Shown here: positions 20,577 to 24,297 of the stretch, in pieces
How positions within the stretch are numbered: the stretch's first letter is position 1
Layout: every line of letters begins with the position of its first letter
From: Albugo candida
Taxonomy: Eukaryota
DNA length: 24,297 nucleotides
Assembly (NCBI GenBank): GCA_040437565.1
Contig: JBDOQK010000050.1
Location: 248,001-272,297 of the forward strand
Direction of reading: 5' to 3'
Position numbers and translations under genes: made by a program
The notes under the pieces: generated by a model
Told to the model about the DNA's origin: nothing
Database searches by the model: none
What the model saw: only the letters and a program-made list of their open reading frames with translations

Positions 20577-21654
20577 GTAATGGGGCTATGCGGCAGCTCC
20601 CAAGACCTCAGGCGTTTGAAAAACTGCAGATCGAGCAGTACAATGGTATGTGTGTCGGCATTACTTTGCATGAATGTTTCACTACTTCAAAATTCAGAAA
20701 TCCACCACTGACAATCACGAGGTGGTGCGGGTCACGTGCAAACAATCATCCGTAAAACCATCGTAAGGCATTATTTGCGGATTGGCTGCCTCCGTGTAAC
20801 CTCTGAGATTCTCCATTAGTAAGAAGATTAGGAGGGCATGTGGCGGCAGTAAATCAAGTATAGGCACAGATGTCGACTCGATCAGGCAATCAAGAAAGCA
20901 AAAGGAGGGATCTACCACTTTGACGTCAGCAAAAAATACGAACACACTGCAATTTAGTGATATGTCCTTTTTGGACTACACAGCTAATTATTTCAAACTT
21001 ATTTCAAGTCGTGAGGACACTGGAGTCACCTACCGGGAGTCCGAAGATGTGTGCTTCTGTTGTCGAGACGGTGGAAATGTCATTCTTTGCGATTGGAAAG
21101 GGTATAAATGATTTGAGGAAGCTATTCTGCATTTGACCTTTGTCGTGCTCGTAGCAAGAACAAGATTCCATGTCCTAAAGTATATCACGAAGGTACGGAT
21201 GTTTTATTGTTCAAGCAAGCACCGATGTAACAATGTCCTTTCAAGAGTGTCTTGGTTACACCGTTCCACGAAACGTGCGATGGCTTTGTCCTCGCCATCG
21301 TTGCCACCTATGCGGTGAAATGGCTCGATTTTTATGTAGATTCTGCGTCTCTTCCTACTGTGACGTGAGTACTTATATTCCAACCTTTATTGCTGCACCC
21401 TTGACATAATTGGTGCACAGGAGCATATGAGAAAGGATATGACATGTCTTGGGCCAGCCTCCAAAGAAGTCTCAGATTGCACTTATGTTCTATGTGTATC
21501 TTGCCAAGAAAATGCTCAGCGTGTTTATGAAGCGGGAAAGATTTCTTCAGAGCTGTATGCAAGTATAATTGGGACTAAGCATCGTACCAAACGCAGGAGA
21601 CAAAGAGTGTTGAGTCGCGCACCACTAAAAGCTCATTTTTTGGAAATATCATAG
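20577..21654 (+). CDS. Multi-exon chromatin-reader protein with a C-terminal NSD-type PHD5-C5HCH zinc-finger module (5' end unresolved)
   Basis: Exons about 20577-20645, 20698-20762, 20820-21101, 21155-21192, 21246-21364 and 21421-21654 splice in frame with GT-AG introns of 52-57 bp. Product: EDVCFCCRDGGNVILCDWKGKNKIPCPKVYHEECLGYTVPRNVRWLCPRHRCHLCGEMARFLCRFCVSSYCDEH, matching the NSD1/2/3 pattern EDxCFxCxDxGxLxxC...CPKxYHxxCL...WxCPWHxCxxCG....CxxCxxSFCxxH. Confidence 0.85.
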
Positions 21655-22358
21655 TCTGAGCGATCTTTATATGCATTTGCCATTGTTGCAGCCATAACTC
21701 CGCTCTTCAAGCATCCATTATGCTGATAAGGCGCAGATACATAAGTAAGAGGTTCAAATAGTCGACAGTCTATCGAACCTCGTTTCTGTCCGCTTCTATG
21801 TTTGCATACAAGAATGATATATCTAACCCTTGAGATACGGGATTAGAACAATGCACCGGAAATCAATATGTGTAGAGAAAGTGATCATATTCGCTGTACC
21901 CCACGGACGCTGTAATCCATTGTCATTCATTGTCTCCCTCACCACGATTAATGACTAGGCTCTCGTGTTACCCAGCCGAGAAACTGTGAATGAGAACAAA
22001 CGCGAGCGTACATTAAACTCCACACACATACGCATTCAAGGTTTGACAAAACGTTTTGAGCTAAGAGAGCCTTAGTAGGTGTTGTAATATCGACACTAGA
22101 GGCTTGACAGCTTGACCCATCCCGTGTTAAGAACTATTACTCACGAATTCTACTGCAATTCCTAGATATATATTTAGGAACGGATCAACCTGCACAGGCC
22201 CACTTCCAGCATATATATATTCAGTCGGCTGGTAATGGAATAATGAGGGTTCCTGAATCTACCTCTAATGATGAGGTAATAAAAATTATAAAGCCATAGT
22301 ACTTGCACCAGCATATATCCCCCTGTGCCGATGCGAAAGCGCTACTAGGAGTTCTTGA

Positions 22359-23637
22359 TCACCGACTTTGAAAAGTGGCAAGCATTTCTACGTTCAAGAT
22401 CCGTATACCTCCGCTATCCAGACATGAATAATATGCAAGATTTGGTCCCTCATTCGTGATAAAAAAGCTCGCAAGCCTTACCGACTGTGAATGAATGCTG
22501 GAATTCTTGATGAGTACGACTTCGTATAGCATGACTCCTCGTCGTACAGCAATCATTGTCTTATTGCTGATGATTCACAATTTTCCAAATAATGCACTAC
22601 CTGCAGTGGATTCTCAGTCCGAATGTCTTTAAAACTGTGTCTTGGCGCTGGAGCAAAATTCACTTCTATGCAATTCAATATTGTTCCCCTTAATGGACAT
22701 CGTCGTAGCCAGCATTTAACAAAATTTCCTAAAATATCTGGGTTTCCACCTAGGCAGCTACCAGGGATGAATTGATCATTGTATTCCCGCCAGATCATTC
22801 TAAGTCAAAGGCCGATGGATCACGCCTGTTTGATTTTATGGACTGCTTTTGTGCAGGTCACCCACGCGCTTTGACGGAAAGAATGTCCTGCTTAGCTAAA
22901 TATCTCTCAAAGCGCCTATGGCCGGCATCTGCGGCTTCAGCCTGTTCATGTAAGATTACTTATGGCATTGACACATCCTATGATGTTATCCAGATTGTAG
23001 CATTCTAGTACTTTGTCCAGGATCTCACCCATCTAGACAAATGTATTTGAAGCCGAAAGCAAAAGTGTGATTGCTGCGTGACGTTGTGAACGAAGTATAA
23101 TTCCTCTTTCCAGCTCATATTCGAACACGATCTCCAGTACTCGCCAAACGTTTCAAGATCAAGCTGATAAAATGCAGCTGGTAGTCCATCCATACCTGGA
23201 GAAGTACTACTCCGCATGTGCTTGATCGCTTCCGCCATCTAGGTCGTACTTAAGCGAGTTGAGAGACGGTCTTGCTCTTCTGAGGCAAGGGAGACTTGAA
23301 TCGAATCGAGTAACTTTTTTTGCTTTCTTTCACATGGAACATTTGAGTCGGTCTCTGAGATATAAACAGAGCCCATGATACAACCCCAATGATCTCTGAA
23401 TTCGTCAATAATCTCCCTCGGGTTCGATGTCACTGTACCACACTTTTTTGGTGACATTTTCGATCGGCACGCGACGACAAGAACTATCCGGAGGGCGAAA
23501 AATCCTTGGAAGAGTTCTCCATATGCTTCACATGATGGTCGAAACATTCATCTAGGTTGTCTTTGGCATTGTTTTCGATCGAAATTCTGAAATGTTCGAG
23601 ACTCGATTCGTAAAAATATTGTGACTCATTGGTGTCT
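22359..23637 (-). mobile_element. Decayed non-LTR retrotransposon (L1/Tx1-like LINE) ORF2 remnant
   Basis: Collinear fragments broken by stops and frameshifts: FDHHVKHMENSSKDF, GTVTSNPREIIDEFRDHW, SLASEEQDRLSTRLSTT*MAEAIKHMRSSTSPGMDGLPAAFYQ (RT domain 0), GIILRSQRHAAITLL (domain 1), and later CLDSGGIRILNV (post-RT GGLG-like motif). No YADD-like catalytic motif was found, suggesting internal deletions. Confidence 0.85.
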
Positions 23638-23821
23638 TGTAACGCCGGCAGGAGGAAGGGAGAGGAAGCAAAGGAAGATATTTTCTGGCGGAGCTTTATT
23701 TGATAAAAAAATGGAAAGTGAGATTTTTAACCAAAAGGATCCTGGTTCACCTATCTGATTGGCTAGTCCAGTTCTCAAACCATATAGAACTATGCATGCA
23801 TGTACAGTAGAGGTTGTTACA
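23638..23821 (-). repeat. 3' LTR (184 bp) of the Ty3/Gypsy element
   Basis: On the minus strand it begins TGTAAC (23821), directly after the purine run GGGAGGA (PPT-like), and ends GTTACA (23638), forming 6-bp terminal inverted repeats. It contains a CCAAT motif (TCTGATTGGCT, 23754-23764 on +) and AATAAA on the minus strand. Confidence 0.8.
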
Positions 23822-24297
23822 TCCTCCCGGAATTGACTTCTCGTTGTTGCTTCTTGAAATCGGCGATGAGAACATTCCAATGAGAAACATGACGTATATC
23901 TTGCTCCCGATCCCATGTAGCTTCGTTCTCGAGTAATCCATGCCATTTCACGAGCCATTCAGGTTTACGATTAAATTGACGCTTCTGAAGAAGGTGTTCT
24001 ATGATGTGCATCGTGTCGCCACTGTCCTCGTCAAACATAAGTCGGGATGATTTCGGAATCAGACGAGTTTGAAATCGTGGTAGATTTCCCACATAGTGAC
24101 TCAGCACGTCAATATTGAGAGTAGAGTTCAATCAACTCATACTCCGCGGAAGCTTCAATTGCGCAACATTCGAGTTGACCATTTTAATTGATTGAAATGG
24201 TCCAACTTTGCGAGCAGCTAATTTGGCGCGTTTTCCATCAATGTCTTGTGTCACATGTTTCGCAGGAATGCGACGAGTATCCAACATGACCAAATCT
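23638..24297 (-). mobile_element. 3' end of a chromoviral Ty3/Gypsy LTR retrotransposon (integrase GPY/F module, chromodomain and 3' LTR), with a premature stop
   Basis: The minus-strand frame from the right edge reads DLVMLDTRRIP...AKLAARKVGPFQSIKMVNSNVAQLKLPRSMS*LNSTLNIDVLSHY (integrase C-terminal GPF module; TGA at 24134-24132). It continues HIIEHLLQKRQFNRKPEWLVKWHGLLENEATWDREQDI (chromodomain) and ends SGRM* at the LTR start. Confidence 0.92.

Noticed and set aside
23817-24131. Stand-alone cellular chromodomain (HP1-like) gene paired with the nearby PHD protein
   Set aside because: It is in frame with an integrase GPF module upstream and runs into a PPT and LTR, so it is retrotransposon pol.
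1-24297. CRISPR arrays, rRNA or tRNA genes, RXLR/CRN/CHxC-type effectors
   Set aside because: I saw no regularly spaced repeats, no recognisable structural RNA, and no signal peptide plus effector motif; a covariance-model search was not possible.

Overview
Eukaryotic, gene-dense, moderately AT-rich DNA with short 50-75 bp spliceosomal introns. It is inferred to be an oomycete (Albugo-like), based on the DAP-pathway lysine gene, intron style and chromoviral elements; the taxon is not proven. In order: (1) an OCRL/INPP5B-type inositol 5-phosphatase on the minus strand that runs off the left edge and is missed by the ORF track; (2) one intronless full-size ABCA transporter of about 1980 aa, split into three ORFs by two false scaffold gaps; (3) a 5-exon diaminopimelate decarboxylase with a probable GC-AG intron; (4) a 2-exon single-pass membrane protein with EBAG9-like and acidic di-Trp motifs; (5) a 5-exon mucolipin (TRPML) channel; (6) an unexplained 1.4 kb interval; (7) an intact 631-aa phosphoglycerate-dehydrogenase homolog with a presequence-like N-terminus that has lost most substrate-binding and catalytic residues (candidate pseudoenzyme); (8) a multi-exon gene ending in an NSD-type PHD5-C5HCH module; (9) a decayed L1/Tx1-like LINE into which a chromodomain-bearing Ty3/Gypsy element with a 184-bp 3' LTR appears to have inserted. 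All four 100-N gaps are flanked by direct duplications, so they look like unmerged contig overlaps. All alignments were done by eye against remembered reference sequences.
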